Source: an uncultured Methanolobus sp. (lineage in GTDB: Archaea; Halobacteriota; Methanosarcinia; Methanosarcinales; Methanosarcinaceae). Taken from it: a stretch of DNA of 64,000 bases. Position numbers and translations under genes: made by a program. Location: positions 2,720,001 to 2,784,000 of the forward strand of contig OY776215.1 in the NCBI GenBank assembly GCA_963675495.1. Reading direction: 5' to 3'. Below the pieces are notes generated by a model that did no database searches, was not told where the DNA came from, and saw nothing but the letters and a program-made list of their open reading frames with translations. Positions 9,835 through 21,471 of the stretch are shown here, in pieces (positions within the stretch are counted from its first letter, which is position 1; each line of letters starts with the position of its first letter).

Positions 9835-10700
9835 CTTCTGTAATAGTTAGTATCATATGAGTTATATTTTATCTGAGCACGTTTAATCCGCATGCCCATA
9901 AGTACACCTACGAAAATTCCACTCAGATGAGCAGTGTGAGCTATCATGTCATTTGCACCTAGCAGGACAAAATCAAGCAATGCGAAGAGGATCAAAGCCT
10001 GTGTGATCTTCATTGGAATGAAGTAAACATATACCTTGATATCAGGGGCGATTATTGCGAGAGCTGCAAAGACACCCATTATGGCGCCACTGGCACCTAC
10101 GACGGGGATATATGGAGATTTACTTGTTATGGAATATGCTATGGCTGCAACAAGGCCTGCTGTAAAGTACACATACAGGAATATTTTTTTTCCGGCTCTT
10201 CTTTCCAGTTCAGGACCAAAGAAAAAGAGTACCAGCATATTGAATAAAATATGTGTGAAATCTGCGTGGATGAACATATGGGTTACTAATGTCCATGGGC
10301 GTGTAAATATTAAAGCGGGAACCAGCTGGAAAGCCTGTTGAAAGCCGGGTATGATGATCTGCAAAATAAAAGAAAATATGCAAAGGTAAACAATTGCCAT
10401 TGGAGGACTGCTTTTCATGGAATGGCTTATATTTCGGCCTGCGCCTTTTACAGCACTTTTTGCGGCATATTTTGCAGTGTTCTTCAAAGCATCTTTGAAT
10501 ACATCCTCCGTTCCACTGTTTCCGTATCCCGGACTACCGCTATACTGATTGTCTTGCTTGAGATGTTCAAGCCCCACGCATGCATGCTGCTCAGGGAGCC
10601 TGTGCCTCGAACAAAAGTTTTTTCCACAAAAGCGGCACTTAAATGGTATGTTTTCTTCTTTGCCGCATATCCAGCATTTTTTGTCCAAATCATTCACCAT
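9831..10700 (-). CDS. Rhomboid intramembrane serine protease with N-terminal AN1-type zinc finger
   Basis: CWIC..CRFCGKNFCSRHRLPEQHAC; HxxxxHILFN, GASG and AHTAHLSG motifs. Confidence 0.93.
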   Translation of the reverse strand: MVNDLDKKCWICGKEENIPFKCRFCGKNFCSRHRLPEQHACVGLEHLKQDNQYSGSPGYGNSGTEDVFKDALKNTAKYAAKSAVKGAGRNISHSMKSSPPMAIVYLCIFSFILQIIIPGFQQAFQLVPALIFTRPWTLVTHMFIHADFTHILFNMLVLFFFGPELERRAGKKIFLYVYFTAGLVAAIAYSITSKSPYIPVVGASGAIMGVFAALAIIAPDIKVYVYFIPMKITQALILFALLDFVLLGANDMIAHTAHLSGIFVGVLMGMRIKRAQIKYNSYDTNYYRR

Positions 10701-11073
10701 GATATAATGATTCTCTATGGTAAACAGGCATTAAATAAAACAATTTCTGATAAATATGAAATAAGAAGTAACATACTATCAAGAACAATCATGATAAATA
10801 TCGGAAAACTTATATGTGAAAATCGTATATTCTTGTCAATTATTACTCATATGCCCGAAATTGATTATTCTGACTGAATCTTTATGTGGAACATTATACA
10901 AATGGTAACCAATAATCATGATAGATTCCGGAAACATTTTTATATAGGTTGGTATTATTAGAATATCCCATATTACAGTTTCAAACATATTCCTAAAAAA
11001 TATACACATAACAATTTGTCATACGATATTTTTTTCGTAGCACTATTACATCCATAAAGGAGGATAAAACAAA

Positions 11074-13488
11074 ATGAGCGATGATATATCAGCTGGGCAA
11101 TTTTCCATTGATGAATTGGAAAATGTTCAGATTACAATCGGCAAGATCGTAGGTGCCATTGAGAAAACAGCAGAAGGAGAAGGAGTTGAAGTAGGTCCTA
11201 CTCCAAAACCGGGGATTTCAGAATTGAGAGACTGGGATTACAAGCTTCTCTCCCGATACAATCCTGTTTACACTCCTGTTTGTGACCAGTGTTGTTACTG
11301 TACCTTTGGTAAATGTGACCTCGGTGGCAACAAAGAAGGTGCTTGCGGTATCAACATGGAAGCTCATCAGGCACGTGAATTCTTGCTTCGTGTTATCACT
11401 GGTGCAGCTGCACACGCAGGGCACGGACGCCACATGCTTCATCACCTCATAGGTCTTCATGGCCGTGATCATCCCATTGATGTAGGACCTTCAAATCTAC
11501 TGGCTCCAAATACCCAGGCAGTAACTGGTATCAAGCCTGAGACACTTGGTGATCTGGAAGAAGTAATGGATTATGTAGAGGAACAACTTACTCAACTGCT
11601 CGCAACGATTCATGCAGGTCAGGAAGGCTCTGCAATGGATTTCGAATCAAAGGCAATGCATGGTGGAATGCTGGACCACGTTGGAATGGAAGTATCGGAC
11701 CTTGCCCAGATATCCTGTATGGGGATGCCAAAGTCAGACCCTGAAGCACCACTTGCAGAAATCGGGATGGGGTGCATCGATTCGACAAAACCTGTGCTCC
11801 TTGTTATCGGGCATAATGTTGCAGGTGTAACTAATATCATGGACTACATACACGACCATGAGCTCGAAGATAAGATGGAGCTTGCCGGTCTGTGCTGTAC
11901 TGCGATCGATATGACACGTTACCAGATGGAACACGGTGGCAAACCACATGCAAAGATCATCGGTAGTCTGGCAAAGGAGCTCAAAATGATACGCTCAGGT
12001 GTTCCTGACGTAATTGTTGTTGATGAACAGTGTGTCAGAGCTGATGTACTTGATGAGGCAAAAAAGCTTTCAATCCCGGTCATTACTACCAATGATAAGA
12101 TCATGTATGGTCTTCCAAACAGATCAAAGGACAATGCAGCAGCTATAATCGAAGACCTTTCAAGTGGAAAGGAACCTGGTGCACTTATTCTTGATTTCGA
12201 TCTTCTTGCTGACGTTTCAGTAGAACTTGCTATCAAAATGTCCAAGATAAGGGATGAAATGGGCATTACAGCTCTACCAACTGAAGAGGAGCTTCAGGAA
12301 CTTTCAGAAAAATGTGTCCAGTGTGGTGCATGTGAACTGGACTGTCCTGACAACCTTCCAATAATGGCAGCTATGAAGGCAGGAATTGACAAGGATTTCA
12401 GCAAGTTCGAATATCTGCATGACAAATGTATTGCATGTGGCAGATGTGATCAGGCATGTCCAAAAGATATCCCTATTCTTAACATGATAGAGAAAGCATC
12501 CCAGAAACTCATCCGTGAGGAGAGGGGATTCATGCGCGCAGGCAGAGGACAGATAAGTGACCCTGAGATCCGTGAAGAAGGTGTCAATCTTGTTCTTGGA
12601 ACAACGCCTGGTATTGTTGCAATGGTTGGATGTTCCAACTATCCGGATGGTACTAAGGACCTGTACACAGTTGCAGATGAGATGCTTAAGAGGAATTACA
12701 TCGTGCTAATGTCAGGTTGTTCCGCAATGGACCTTGGTATGTACAAGAACGAAGATGGTGAAACCCTTTATGAGAAATATCCTGCAAAATTCCTTGCTGG
12801 TAACCTCATTAATGTAGGTTCATGTGTTTCCAATGCACACATTACGGGAACAACAATTAAAGTAGCTGCGATCTTTGCACAGAGGCAGGTATCCGGTAAC
12901 TACGAAGAGATCGCTGACTACGTCACCAACCGTATCGGTGCGGTGGGTGTCGCATGGGGAGCATATTCACAGAAGGCATCCTCAATTGCTACCGGATGTA
13001 ACAGGCTCGGTATTCCTGTGGTTGTAGGACCACATGGTTCTAAATATAGAAGGGCACTTATTGGTAAGCCATATCAGGAAGAGGACTGGAAGGTATATGA
13101 CGCAAGGGATGGTTCAGAAATGCCTATTCCTGCTTCACCTGAGTTCCTGCTGACAACAGCAGACACCATTGAAGAACTGCTTCCAATGCTTGCAAAGAAC
13201 TGTATCCGTCCATCCGATAACAACATGGGAAGAATGATCAAGCTAACTCATTACATGGAGCTCAGCCAGAAGTACCTTGGTCACATGCCAGAGGACTGGT
13301 ACAAGTTTGTAAGGACAGAGACTGATCTTCCACTTGCAAAACGTGAGACACTTCTCAAGATGCTTGAAAAGGATCATGGATGGGAAATCGACTGGAAACG
13401 CAAAAAGATCCTTTCCGGCCCGGCGATGAAATCAGATGTTTCCGCCCAGCCTACAAACGTAAAGAGACTATGTAAGGGGGAATGCTAA
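11074..13488 (+). CDS. cdhA: ACDS complex CO dehydrogenase alpha subunit
   Basis: [25 protein letters not shown], two 4Fe-4S motifs and GSCVSN. Confidence 0.97.
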   Translation: MSDDISAGQFSIDELENVQITIGKIVGAIEKTAEGEGVEVGPTPKPGISELRDWDYKLLSRYNPVYTPVCDQCCYCTFGKCDLGGNKEGACGINMEAHQAREFLLRVITGAAAHAGHGRHMLHHLIGLHGRDHPIDVGPSNLLAPNTQAVTGIKPETLGDLEEVMDYVEEQLTQLLATIHAGQEGSAMDFESKAMHGGMLDHVGMEVSDLAQISCMGMPKSDPEAPLAEIGMGCIDSTKPVLLVIGHNVAGVTNIMDYIHDHELEDKMELAGLCCTAIDMTRYQMEHGGKPHAKIIGSLAKELKMIRSGVPDVIVVDEQCVRADVLDEAKKLSIPVITTNDKIMYGLPNRSKDNAAAIIEDLSSGKEPGALILDFDLLADVSVELAIKMSKIRDEMGITALPTEEELQELSEKCVQCGACELDCPDNLPIMAAMKAGIDKDFSKFEYLHDKCIACGRCDQACPKDIPILNMIEKASQKLIREERGFMRAGRGQISDPEIREEGVNLVLGTTPGIVAMVGCSNYPDGTKDLYTVADEMLKRNYIVLMSGCSAMDLGMYKNEDGETLYEKYPAKFLAGNLINVGSCVSNAHITGTTIKVAAIFAQRQVSGNYEEIADYVTNRIGAVGVAWGAYSQKASSIATGCNRLGIPVVVGPHGSKYRRALIGKPYQEEDWKVYDARDGSEMPIPASPEFLLTTADTIEELLPMLAKNCIRPSDNNMGRMIKLTHYMELSQKYLGHMPEDWYKFVRTETDLPLAKRETLLKMLEKDHGWEIDWKRKKILSGPAMKSDVSAQPTNVKRLCKGEC

Positions 13489-14001
13489 GTGGTCGATACA
13501 ACTAAGAATACGCAGATCTACACCACATGGGGTAGGAAAGTAGCAAAACCTGTAAATCCGAATGTGGCAGCAAAAATAATCACAAAAGCAAAAAGACCTC
13601 TTCTTGTTGTTGGATCAGAGATCTTAAAAGATGAGTTGCTTATAGAGAAGACGATTGCAATTGCAAAGACAGGTGTTCCGGTAGCTGCTACCGGACATTC
13701 TATTACTGCTCTTGTGGACAGGGATATTGGTGCAAAGTACATCAATGTCCATTCACTTGGTACTTTCCTTGGTGACAAGAACTGGACTGGTCTTGATGGA
13801 CAGGGTTCATATGACACCATCCTTTTTATCGGACACAAGAAGTATTATCTTAATCAGGTGCTTTCCGGTCTCAAGAACTTCACAGACCTAAAGACCATTT
13901 GTATTGAGAGACATTTCATGCAAAACGCTAGTTTGTCCTTTGGAAATCTTAAACCAGAAGTACACCTTGAAGCGCTTGACGAATTTATTGGACATTTATA
14001 A
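13489..14001 (+). CDS. cdhB: ACDS epsilon subunit
   Basis: AKRPLLVVG and [11 protein letters not shown] motifs; follows cdhA; GTG start. Confidence 0.95.
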   Translation: MVDTTKNTQIYTTWGRKVAKPVNPNVAAKIITKAKRPLLVVGSEILKDELLIEKTIAIAKTGVPVAATGHSITALVDRDIGAKYINVHSLGTFLGDKNWTGLDGQGSYDTILFIGHKKYYLNQVLSGLKNFTDLKTICIERHFMQNASLSFGNLKPEVHLEALDEFIGHL

Positions 14002-14031
14002 TTTTATTGGTGACTATACGGAGAACTAATT

Positions 14032-15444
14032 ATGGCAGATGAATTCCCTTTTGAAATATCTCCTATGTTTGAAGGAGAGAGAATACGAAAAGATGGCATG
14101 TATGCAGAACTTGCAGGTCCAAAGTCCAAAGGCTTTGAACTGGTAAGGGCAGCAGAAATGGACGATGTTGAAGATGGCAAGTTCACACTTATCGGTCCTG
14201 ATCTTTCAGACATGGAAGTAGGTTCCAGACATCCTCTTGCAATGATCTATAAGATCGCAGGAGAGCTTGTAGAACCTGATCTTGAGTCCATTGTAGAAAG
14301 AAGGAACCATGAATTCCAGAACTATATACAGGGTTTCATGCACCTGAACCAGAGAGACGATGTCTGGATGAGGGTCAGCAAAGATGCAGTCGAAAAAGGT
14401 ATGACATCTTTTGAGCCTGTTGCACAGGCAATAATGATGCTCTTTAAGAACGAACTCCCATTCATAGAGGGTGTCGAAGCCATATATATCACAGATATGG
14501 ATGAGATCGAGAAAGAGATCGAGAATGCAAGAGGGGTCTACAAGGCAAGGGATGAGAGAACCCGTGACCTTCACGATGAGGATGTTGACACATTCTATGG
14601 ATGCACTCTTTGTGCATCATTCGCTCCAACCAATGTTTGTGTAGTAACGCCAGACAGGGTTTCTCTTTGTGGTGCAATCAACTGGTTCGATGGCAGGGCA
14701 GCAGCAAAGGTTGATCCGGAAGGTCCACAGTTCGCTATTCCAAAAGGAGACGTAATTGACGCAGAATCCGGGGAATACACCGGTGTTAATGAAGCTGCAG
14801 AGAGATTATCAAGCGGTGAATACGACCGTATAAGGCTGCACTCATTCCTGGAGTACCCTCACACATCCTGTGGATGCTTTGAGGTTGTAGGATTCTATAT
14901 CCCTGAAGTTGATGGTATCGGATGGGTAGACAGGGACTTTGCAGGTACCGCACCAAACGGACTTCAGTTCTCAACCATGGCAGGACAGACAGGTGGAGGT
15001 AAGCAGGTTGTTGGTTTCCTTGGAATAGGTGTCAATTACTTCCGTTCACCAAAGTTCATCCAGGCAGACGGCGGCTGGGAAAGGGTCGTATGGATGCCAA
15101 AGATGCTTAAGGACAAAGTATATGATAGTATGCCTGAGGATATCCGCGACAAGATCCCAACTGAAGAAGAAGTAGCAGATGTTGATGCACTCAGAAATTT
15201 CCTCAAGGAAAAGAACCACCCAATACTTGAAAGATGGGTAGTGGAAGAAGAGGAAGCACCTGAAGAGGAAGAAGCATCTGAAGCAGCTCCACAGGCTGGA
15301 TTTGCTGCTCCACAGATGATGCAGGCTGCAAATTTCATGCCATCCATGCCAATGATGAGCGGCGGTGGATCTGGCGGTGTAAAGATCGTCCTGAAGAACG
15401 CAAAGGTCAGTATCGACAAAGTGATCATTAAGAAACAGGACTAA
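14032..15444 (+). CDS. cdhC: ACDS beta subunit (acetyl-CoA synthase)
   Basis: GERIRK, FYGCTLCASF, SLCGAINW and PHTSCGCFE motifs. Confidence 0.97.
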   Translation: MADEFPFEISPMFEGERIRKDGMYAELAGPKSKGFELVRAAEMDDVEDGKFTLIGPDLSDMEVGSRHPLAMIYKIAGELVEPDLESIVERRNHEFQNYIQGFMHLNQRDDVWMRVSKDAVEKGMTSFEPVAQAIMMLFKNELPFIEGVEAIYITDMDEIEKEIENARGVYKARDERTRDLHDEDVDTFYGCTLCASFAPTNVCVVTPDRVSLCGAINWFDGRAAAKVDPEGPQFAIPKGDVIDAESGEYTGVNEAAERLSSGEYDRIRLHSFLEYPHTSCGCFEVVGFYIPEVDGIGWVDRDFAGTAPNGLQFSTMAGQTGGGKQVVGFLGIGVNYFRSPKFIQADGGWERVVWMPKMLKDKVYDSMPEDIRDKIPTEEEVADVDALRNFLKEKNHPILERWVVEEEEAPEEEEASEAAPQAGFAAPQMMQAANFMPSMPMMSGGGSGGVKIVLKNAKVSIDKVIIKKQD

Positions 15445-15456
15445 GAGAGGTCTTCT

Positions 15457-16209
15457 GTGGCTAAGATTATTGCAGTGACAGGTAAGGGCGGAACAGGGAA
15501 GACGGCAACGACCAGTCTTCTCATTCGCCATCTTACAAAAGGTGATAAGATCGTTCTTGCCGTTGATGCGGATCCGGACACCAACCTTCCCGAGACACTT
15601 GGGTGTGAAACCAACAAAAGCATTGGAGATATCAAGGAATTCATGCACGATGAGCGTGATAACCTTCCTCCTGATGTGAGCAAGGAATCCATATTGGAGG
15701 GAAAACTCTATGAGATCCTTGAAGAGATGCCAGGATATGACCTGTTGGTCATGGGGAGGCCTGAAGGTTCAGGATGTTACTGTTATGTCAACAACCTGCT
15801 TCGTGGAATCATGAATAAGCTCGTGACAAATTATGACGTGCTCATTATCGACGCTGAAGCCGGGCTGGAACATTTCAGCAGGAAGATATTCAGGAATGTT
15901 GATGAACTTGTAGTTGTCACTGATGGTTCACGCAGGGGAATGCGAACTGCCGAACGTATTCGGGAACTTGTGGGTGAACTGGAAACAGACGTTTCCGACA
16001 TCTATGTTATTGCAAACAAGGTCACAGATGCAAACCGTGAAAGGATTGCCAGTACTGCTAATGAACTTGGTCTTGAACTAATAGGAATGATCCCTGTGGA
16101 TGAGATGATAGTTGAAAGAGATCTCGCCGGGGAACCTTTATTTGATCTTCCGGATGACTCCGTTGCAGTACAGGAAATTGAGAAGATCGCTCAGAAACTT
16201 GGTTTGTAA
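15457..16209 (+). CDS. cooC: CooC/AcsF nickel-insertion ATPase
   Basis: GKGGTGKT, DADPDTNL, GSGCYC and DAEAGLEH motifs. Confidence 0.92.
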   Translation: MAKIIAVTGKGGTGKTATTSLLIRHLTKGDKIVLAVDADPDTNLPETLGCETNKSIGDIKEFMHDERDNLPPDVSKESILEGKLYEILEEMPGYDLLVMGRPEGSGCYCYVNNLLRGIMNKLVTNYDVLIIDAEAGLEHFSRKIFRNVDELVVVTDGSRRGMRTAERIRELVGELETDVSDIYVIANKVTDANRERIASTANELGLELIGMIPVDEMIVERDLAGEPLFDLPDDSVAVQEIEKIAQKLGL

Positions 16210-16236
16210 TAAATATTATCATAAGGTGGAATGCAC

Positions 16237-17562
16237 ATGACAAAGAAAATGAAATTATCGCAACTTAGTGATATGTTGCAAGATCTCGATGTGGAGTCAC
16301 TGGAAGGTGTGACCATTGAAGGTGACGTCGAGCTCAATATCTCAGGTGGTGGAGGACTAAATCCTGCACTTGCCTATGCTTTGGGAAGTGAAATATCCCA
16401 GATATCCCTTCACATGGCAAACATTGGCAGGATGCTTGGATTCCCTGCTGAACAATTATTCGCATCTGCTTTTGGAATGGGTGAGATGCCCCAGCCAGAG
16501 ACACTTCCAACTTCTCCAAAGATACAGGAATTACTTGCTTCTAAATTCGAGGTTGCAAAGGTTGACAACTGGAAGAATCCTATCCAGGAAGTCACACTTG
16601 GTGCAACATCGGGTGACGGTGGCTCAAGGAAGAACACCATAACCCTTGGTGGCGAGAATGCACTTCCTTACTACTTCGATACTGAGATGCCTCACAGGAA
16701 CTATGTGACTATGGATGTCTTCGACATGCCAATAGGTATGGCAAAGTCAGTCAAGAGCAACTATGAGGATGTTATTAACGACCCGGCAGAATGGGCAAAG
16801 AAGGTCGTACGTGAATTCAATGCTGACATGGTAACCATTCACTTGATATCAACTGACCCGCTCATCAATGATACTCCTGCAAAGGAAGCAGCAAAGGTCG
16901 TAGAGGATGTCCTGCAAGCAGTTGATGTGCCTATTGTTATCGGTGGTTCAGGAAACCCTGAAAAGGATCCTGAAGTGCTTGAGAAAGCAGCTGAGGTCGC
17001 AGAGGGGGAAAGAGTACTTCTGGCATCTGCCAGCCTTAACCTTGATTATGAGAGAATAGCAAAAGCTGCCGTGGATTACGGACATGTCGTCCTTTCATGG
17101 ACACAGCTTGAGATCAATGCTCAGAAGGAACTTAACAGGAAGCTCATGAAGCAGTGTAATGTCCCACGAGACAGCATACTGATGGACCCGACCACAGCAG
17201 CACTGGGTTATGGTCTTGACTATGCTTACACCAACATGGAGCGCATAAGGCTTGCTGGTCTTATGGGCGATGACGAGCTTACATTCCCAATGTCATCAGG
17301 TACTACAAATGCATGGGGTGCCCGTGAGTCATGGATGATCTCATCCCCACTTAATCAGGATTCTGACTGGGGACCAAGGGAATACCGTGGACCTATCTGG
17401 GAGATCGTCACTGGTCTTTCACTCGCACTTGCAGGTAACGATTTGTTCATGATGATGCATCCAACATCCGTTCAGGTGCTAAAAGAAATTACGCAGACAC
17501 TCTATGGCTCTATTGAGTCCGAAGAGATAGACATCACCAACTGGATCGGGGCGGAGGTGTGA
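16237..17562 (+). CDS. cdhD: ACDS delta subunit (corrinoid Fe-S protein small subunit)
   Basis: [27 protein letters not shown] and NAWGARE motifs; start chosen from RBS spacing (alternative 16231). Confidence 0.95.
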   Translation: MTKKMKLSQLSDMLQDLDVESLEGVTIEGDVELNISGGGGLNPALAYALGSEISQISLHMANIGRMLGFPAEQLFASAFGMGEMPQPETLPTSPKIQELLASKFEVAKVDNWKNPIQEVTLGATSGDGGSRKNTITLGGENALPYYFDTEMPHRNYVTMDVFDMPIGMAKSVKSNYEDVINDPAEWAKKVVREFNADMVTIHLISTDPLINDTPAKEAAKVVEDVLQAVDVPIVIGGSGNPEKDPEVLEKAAEVAEGERVLLASASLNLDYERIAKAAVDYGHVVLSWTQLEINAQKELNRKLMKQCNVPRDSILMDPTTAALGYGLDYAYTNMERIRLAGLMGDDELTFPMSSGTTNAWGARESWMISSPLNQDSDWGPREYRGPIWEIVTGLSLALAGNDLFMMMHPTSVQVLKEITQTLYGSIESEEIDITNWIGAEV

Positions 17563-17565
17563 TAA

Positions 17566-18975
17566 ATGAAAATTAACAGTCCACTGGAAGCTTACAAGTT
17601 CCTGCCAGCCACTAACTGTGGTGAGTGTGGTGAACAGACATGCATGGCCTTTGCATCACACCTTATTGACAGGTCTCATAAACTCACAGATTGTACGCCA
17701 ATACTAGAGCCTAAGTTCAAGAAGAAGTATGAAGAACTCGATGCACTCCTTGCTCCTGAGATCAGGGAAGTTTTGATCGGTGTCGGTGAAAATGTCGCAA
17801 AGATTGGCGGAGACGATGTACTTTACCGTCACAAACTGACATTCTTCAACCAGACACAGTTTGCATATGATGTATGGGACACAATGGATGAGAAGGATCT
17901 CGTTGAGCGGGTAAATCATATTCAAAACTTCAAGAAGTTCTATGTAGGTGACTTCCTTACTGTGGATATGGTAGCTGTGCGCTGCACATCCAATGACCCT
18001 GCTAAATTTGGGGCAGCTGTAAAGAAGGTAGTCGAAACAACAGACTTCCCTATCATTCTCTGTTCATTTGATCCTGAAGTCCTTAAAGCAGGCCTTGAAG
18101 CTTCAAAGGGCAGGAATCCACTTCTCTACGCTGCAAACAAGGACAACTGGAAGGAAGTCGGAGAACTTGCACTGGAGTACGATGTGCCTGTGACACTCTT
18201 TGCTCCAAATGACCTTGATCTTCTCAAGTCACTTGCAAAGACCTTTGCAGCAATGGGTACAGAGAAACTTGTACTTGACCCTGGAACATTCCCGACAGGC
18301 AAGCAGCTAAAACAGACCTTTACCAATTTTATAAAGGTACGCCGGGCTGGTATCGACGGTGATCGTGAAATCGCTTATCCTATAATGGCAGTTCCATTTA
18401 CGGCATGGATGGCGCACGATGACCCTGTAAGTGCATCTTACTGGGAAACCGTGGTCGCATCAGTGTTCACCATCAAGTACGGTGACATAATGATCCTTCA
18501 CAGCACAGAGCCTTACGCAATGTTACCTGAACTACACATCCGTGATACTCTCTACACTGACCCGAGAAAGCCTGTAACCGTGGATCCTGGAATGTACAAG
18601 GTAGGAGAACCAACTGCTGATTCACCGGTGCTTGTTACAACCAACTTTGCTCTTACATACTACACAGTAGAGAGTGATCTTGCATCTAACAAGATCGACT
18701 GTTTCCTCTGGGCAATTGATACTGATGGTATTGGTGTAGAGGCTGCAGTAGCTGGAGGACAACTTACCGCTGCAAAGATCAAGAAGGGAATTGATGAATC
18801 AGGATTTGACCTGAAGAAGGACACAACACACGACACCATCATTCTCCCGGGACTCTGTGCACGTCTGCAGGGTGATGTGGAAGATGAGACTGGTGCTAAT
18901 GTTATGGTAGGTCCTGCTGATTCTGGAAGGCTACCTGGCTGGATGGAAAAGAACTGGCCACCACAGAAGAAATAA
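17566..18975 (+). CDS. cdhE: ACDS gamma subunit (corrinoid Fe-S protein large subunit)
   Basis: LPATNCGECGEQTCMAFA, YTDP and TTNFALTY motifs. Confidence 0.96.
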   Translation: MKINSPLEAYKFLPATNCGECGEQTCMAFASHLIDRSHKLTDCTPILEPKFKKKYEELDALLAPEIREVLIGVGENVAKIGGDDVLYRHKLTFFNQTQFAYDVWDTMDEKDLVERVNHIQNFKKFYVGDFLTVDMVAVRCTSNDPAKFGAAVKKVVETTDFPIILCSFDPEVLKAGLEASKGRNPLLYAANKDNWKEVGELALEYDVPVTLFAPNDLDLLKSLAKTFAAMGTEKLVLDPGTFPTGKQLKQTFTNFIKVRRAGIDGDREIAYPIMAVPFTAWMAHDDPVSASYWETVVASVFTIKYGDIMILHSTEPYAMLPELHIRDTLYTDPRKPVTVDPGMYKVGEPTADSPVLVTTNFALTYYTVESDLASNKIDCFLWAIDTDGIGVEAAVAGGQLTAAKIKKGIDESGFDLKKDTTHDTIILPGLCARLQGDVEDETGANVMVGPADSGRLPGWMEKNWPPQKK

Positions 18976-18984
18976 GACTATTTG

Positions 18985-19018
18985 AAAGATGCTATGATGT
19001 TCACATGGCATCTTTTTT
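18985..19018 (+). terminator. Terminator of the cdh operon
   Basis: AAAGATGCTATG/CATGGCATCTTT hairpin followed by T tracts. Confidence 0.7.
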
Positions 19019-19126
19019 ATCTATTTTATTTATCGTTTTGTTCTGTTTTATTTTATTTTATACAGAATAACATAGTTTCTGAACACAAAATTATTATACT
19101 ATCTACATGTCGTTTTACGTTGGGAG

Positions 19127-19477
19127 ATGATGAATTTGATTATACGTAGCCAAAATAGCATTGAAATGACGAAAAACGGTATGCACTGTGTCATGATTGG
19201 TGATGTTCATGATGTTATGGATGAGCATATTGAAAAGATGGCTGAGTGGGCAACGTGCTTATGGGACTATGACAAGATAAGCATGTGGAAAAAATCAGAT
19301 TCCATGAGTCCTGGTTACTTTATACGTGACAGTCCTGAAGGTAGGTATAAAGTACATGTCCTTGATGCCGATCAAAAAGCAGACCTTTTTGGAGGTGCAC
19401 GTAAAGACAGCCCTTTGAAACTGGATAACTGGGAGAAAAGAGAGCTACTTGTTTACATTGACTGGTTCATTGAATAA
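19127..19477 (+). CDS. Hypothetical protein
   Basis: 116-aa ORF with GGGAG RBS; no recognised motif. Confidence 0.6.
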   Translation: MMNLIIRSQNSIEMTKNGMHCVMIGDVHDVMDEHIEKMAEWATCLWDYDKISMWKKSDSMSPGYFIRDSPEGRYKVHVLDADQKADLFGGARKDSPLKLDNWEKRELLVYIDWFIE

Positions 19478-19525
19478 GTATGTTTTAACCAACACTATAT
19501 TTTTAATATGGGCTTCCTGTAAAGG

Positions 19526-19699
19526 TCAATGTCCACATTCATCGATCAGTATTTCTTGAAAATAATCTCTGTTGAGATCTACTGATACCTCTGATTCCAG
19601 ATATTTCAAAAACTCGCATTTACCGGTTTTTACAAAAATAACGCAGTTTTTGCAGTAAAGTTTTTTATTTTCTTCAGAATAACCCAGTTCTTCTATCAT
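19526..19699 (-). CDS. Small Cys-containing protein (57 aa), not in ORF track
   Basis: MIEELGYSEENKKLYCKNCVIFVKTGKCEFLKY...DECGH; ATGA overlap with the upstream gene's stop. Confidence 0.6.
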   Translation of the reverse strand: MIEELGYSEENKKLYCKNCVIFVKTGKCEFLKYLESEVSVDLNRDYFQEILIDECGH

Positions 19700-19863
19700 A
19701 CACATGCTTTTACCCCATTATCATTGATTATGATGGTTACCATATCCTTTGCGGAAGTTATTCTTCCGCATTCATTGCAGTAATAGAATACATTAGAGCC
19801 TATCAGCTGTCGCTTAAGTTCAATCTGGCAATGCTCACAGTATAAATTATCTTTTGTTTTCAT
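19696..19863 (-). CDS. Small zinc-ribbon protein (55 aa)
   Basis: YCEHC..YYCNECG; GGGAGA RBS before the ATG at 19863. Confidence 0.7.
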   Translation of the reverse strand: MKTKDNLYCEHCQIELKRQLIGSNVFYYCNECGRITSAKDMVTIIINDNGVKACV

Positions 19864-19900
19864 AAAAATATCTCCCATATGTATCTAAGTATAAAGATAT

Positions 19901-20053
19901 TTATTTGGAACCTATTCCACCTATCATGAAGCGCATAAACTCCATATCTTCTTTATCTGTTATTTCTTTGAACTGTCCGTTGACTATTAATTGTAAATTG
20001 TTATCAGTTGAAGTATTTGTACATTTTTTCATATAATTCTGAATGTTTGGCAT
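19901..20053 (-). CDS. Small hypothetical protein (50 aa), not in ORF track
   Basis: MPNIQNYMKKCTNTSTDNNLQLIVNGQFKEITDKEDMEFMRFMIGGIGSK; GGAGG RBS. Confidence 0.55.
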   Translation of the reverse strand: MPNIQNYMKKCTNTSTDNNLQLIVNGQFKEITDKEDMEFMRFMIGGIGSK

Positions 20054-20365
20054 AAGTTTCCCTCCACATTTCATCAAATTCTAATACACAACGCACAGAT
20101 ATATACAATATGCATATAATCTATATATATATTCGTTTATTATATAGTCGAAGTGGGATAGGATGTTCTGTAACTGGGGCAATTAATTTCATAATTATAT
20201 AATACTACATTATTATATTTAAATAAGTATCTAATATTCTTTAAATGGTACTTCTTATTAAAAATATCACAGTTATCTTCAATAACCCATTTGTATCCAG
20301 ATCAAATCGCAGAGAGAAACATTATAAATACTGATTTAATGAATTGTATACGCAGAGGTATTGGA

Positions 20366-21427
20366 ATGAATGAAGTCTTTTTCAGTTCAGCAGAAGAAAT
20401 TGGGCCTAAGAACACTCAGATAGACCAGATTGTCGATATTTTCCCTAAGATATCGCCTGTTAATAAAGGGGATATTGTTGCTATAAAGATACACCCTGGT
20501 GAACTGGGGAACACTACGCACATACGTCCTGTTATTGTAAAGACCGTGGTGGACCTTGTGAAAGAAGCAGGTGGTATTCCTTTTGTTACGGATACAACAG
20601 TGCTTTACAGTGGAAAGCGTTTCAATGGCGCTGATCTGCTATGCACAGCGGCTACCAATGGTTTTACGCACGGGAGTATGGGTGCCCCCATCATTTGCGC
20701 CGACGGGCTTTGGGGAGATGATTTTGTGTCCGTGGAAATAGAAGGCGAAACAATAATCGAGATCAGTGTGGCATCAGCTATTGCAAAAGCTGATGCTATG
20801 ATAATGATATCACATTGTAAAGGTCATCCTGCATCAGGATTCGGTGGGGCAATAAAAAACCTGGGAATGGGATGTCTGGATAAGGGAGGTAAGACTACTG
20901 TTCATGAGGTTGGAAAGCCTGACATTGATCACGATAAATGTGTGGGATGTAAAAAGTGCCTCAAAGCTTGTCCATGGGATGCCTTGACTATTGAAAATGG
21001 GAAGGCCGTTGTGAACAAGGATCTTTGCAGAGGTGAACTATCATGCCTTGGAAGCTGTAATTATCATGCAATCGTGCCTCCTGCAGATGCTCCTGTGAAA
21101 ATGCAACAACGTCTTGGCGAAGCTGCCATGGGACCAGTCAAACTTCTACCTGGAAAGATCGGGTACATCAACTGGATATTTGACCTTACTCCCGGATGTG
21201 ACTGCTTTAACTTCTCAGCACCAACTTTTGCAGGAGATGTGGGGATCACGGCTTCAAAAGATCCTGTTGCAATTGATAAAGCAAGTCTTGATCTCATAAA
21301 TGACAAAATGAAACATGAGAGCAAGGGCTGTATCACCAATGTTTGGGGTGTGGATCCTATGGTACATCTTGAGTATGCTGAAAAGATTGGTGCAGGAAGT
21401 ACAGACTACGATCTAATACGCAAGTAA
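20366..21427 (+). CDS. DUF362 domain Fe-S protein with ferredoxin insert
   Basis: VAIKIHPGELGN, HCKGH..GFGGAIKNLGMG, CVGCKKC..CP, CDC and ASKDPVAID motifs; start from GAGGT RBS. Confidence 0.9.
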   Translation: MNEVFFSSAEEIGPKNTQIDQIVDIFPKISPVNKGDIVAIKIHPGELGNTTHIRPVIVKTVVDLVKEAGGIPFVTDTTVLYSGKRFNGADLLCTAATNGFTHGSMGAPIICADGLWGDDFVSVEIEGETIIEISVASAIAKADAMIMISHCKGHPASGFGGAIKNLGMGCLDKGGKTTVHEVGKPDIDHDKCVGCKKCLKACPWDALTIENGKAVVNKDLCRGELSCLGSCNYHAIVPPADAPVKMQQRLGEAAMGPVKLLPGKIGYINWIFDLTPGCDCFNFSAPTFAGDVGITASKDPVAIDKASLDLINDKMKHESKGCITNVWGVDPMVHLEYAEKIGAGSTDYDLIRK

Positions 21428-21471
21428 AACAGACGGTTTTATTGCTGAGCGAAAACAATATCTAACAAACT

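Noticed and set aside
15457-16209. cooC inside the cdh operon as a novelty
   Set aside because: A Ni-insertion ATPase within ACDS gene clusters is a known arrangement
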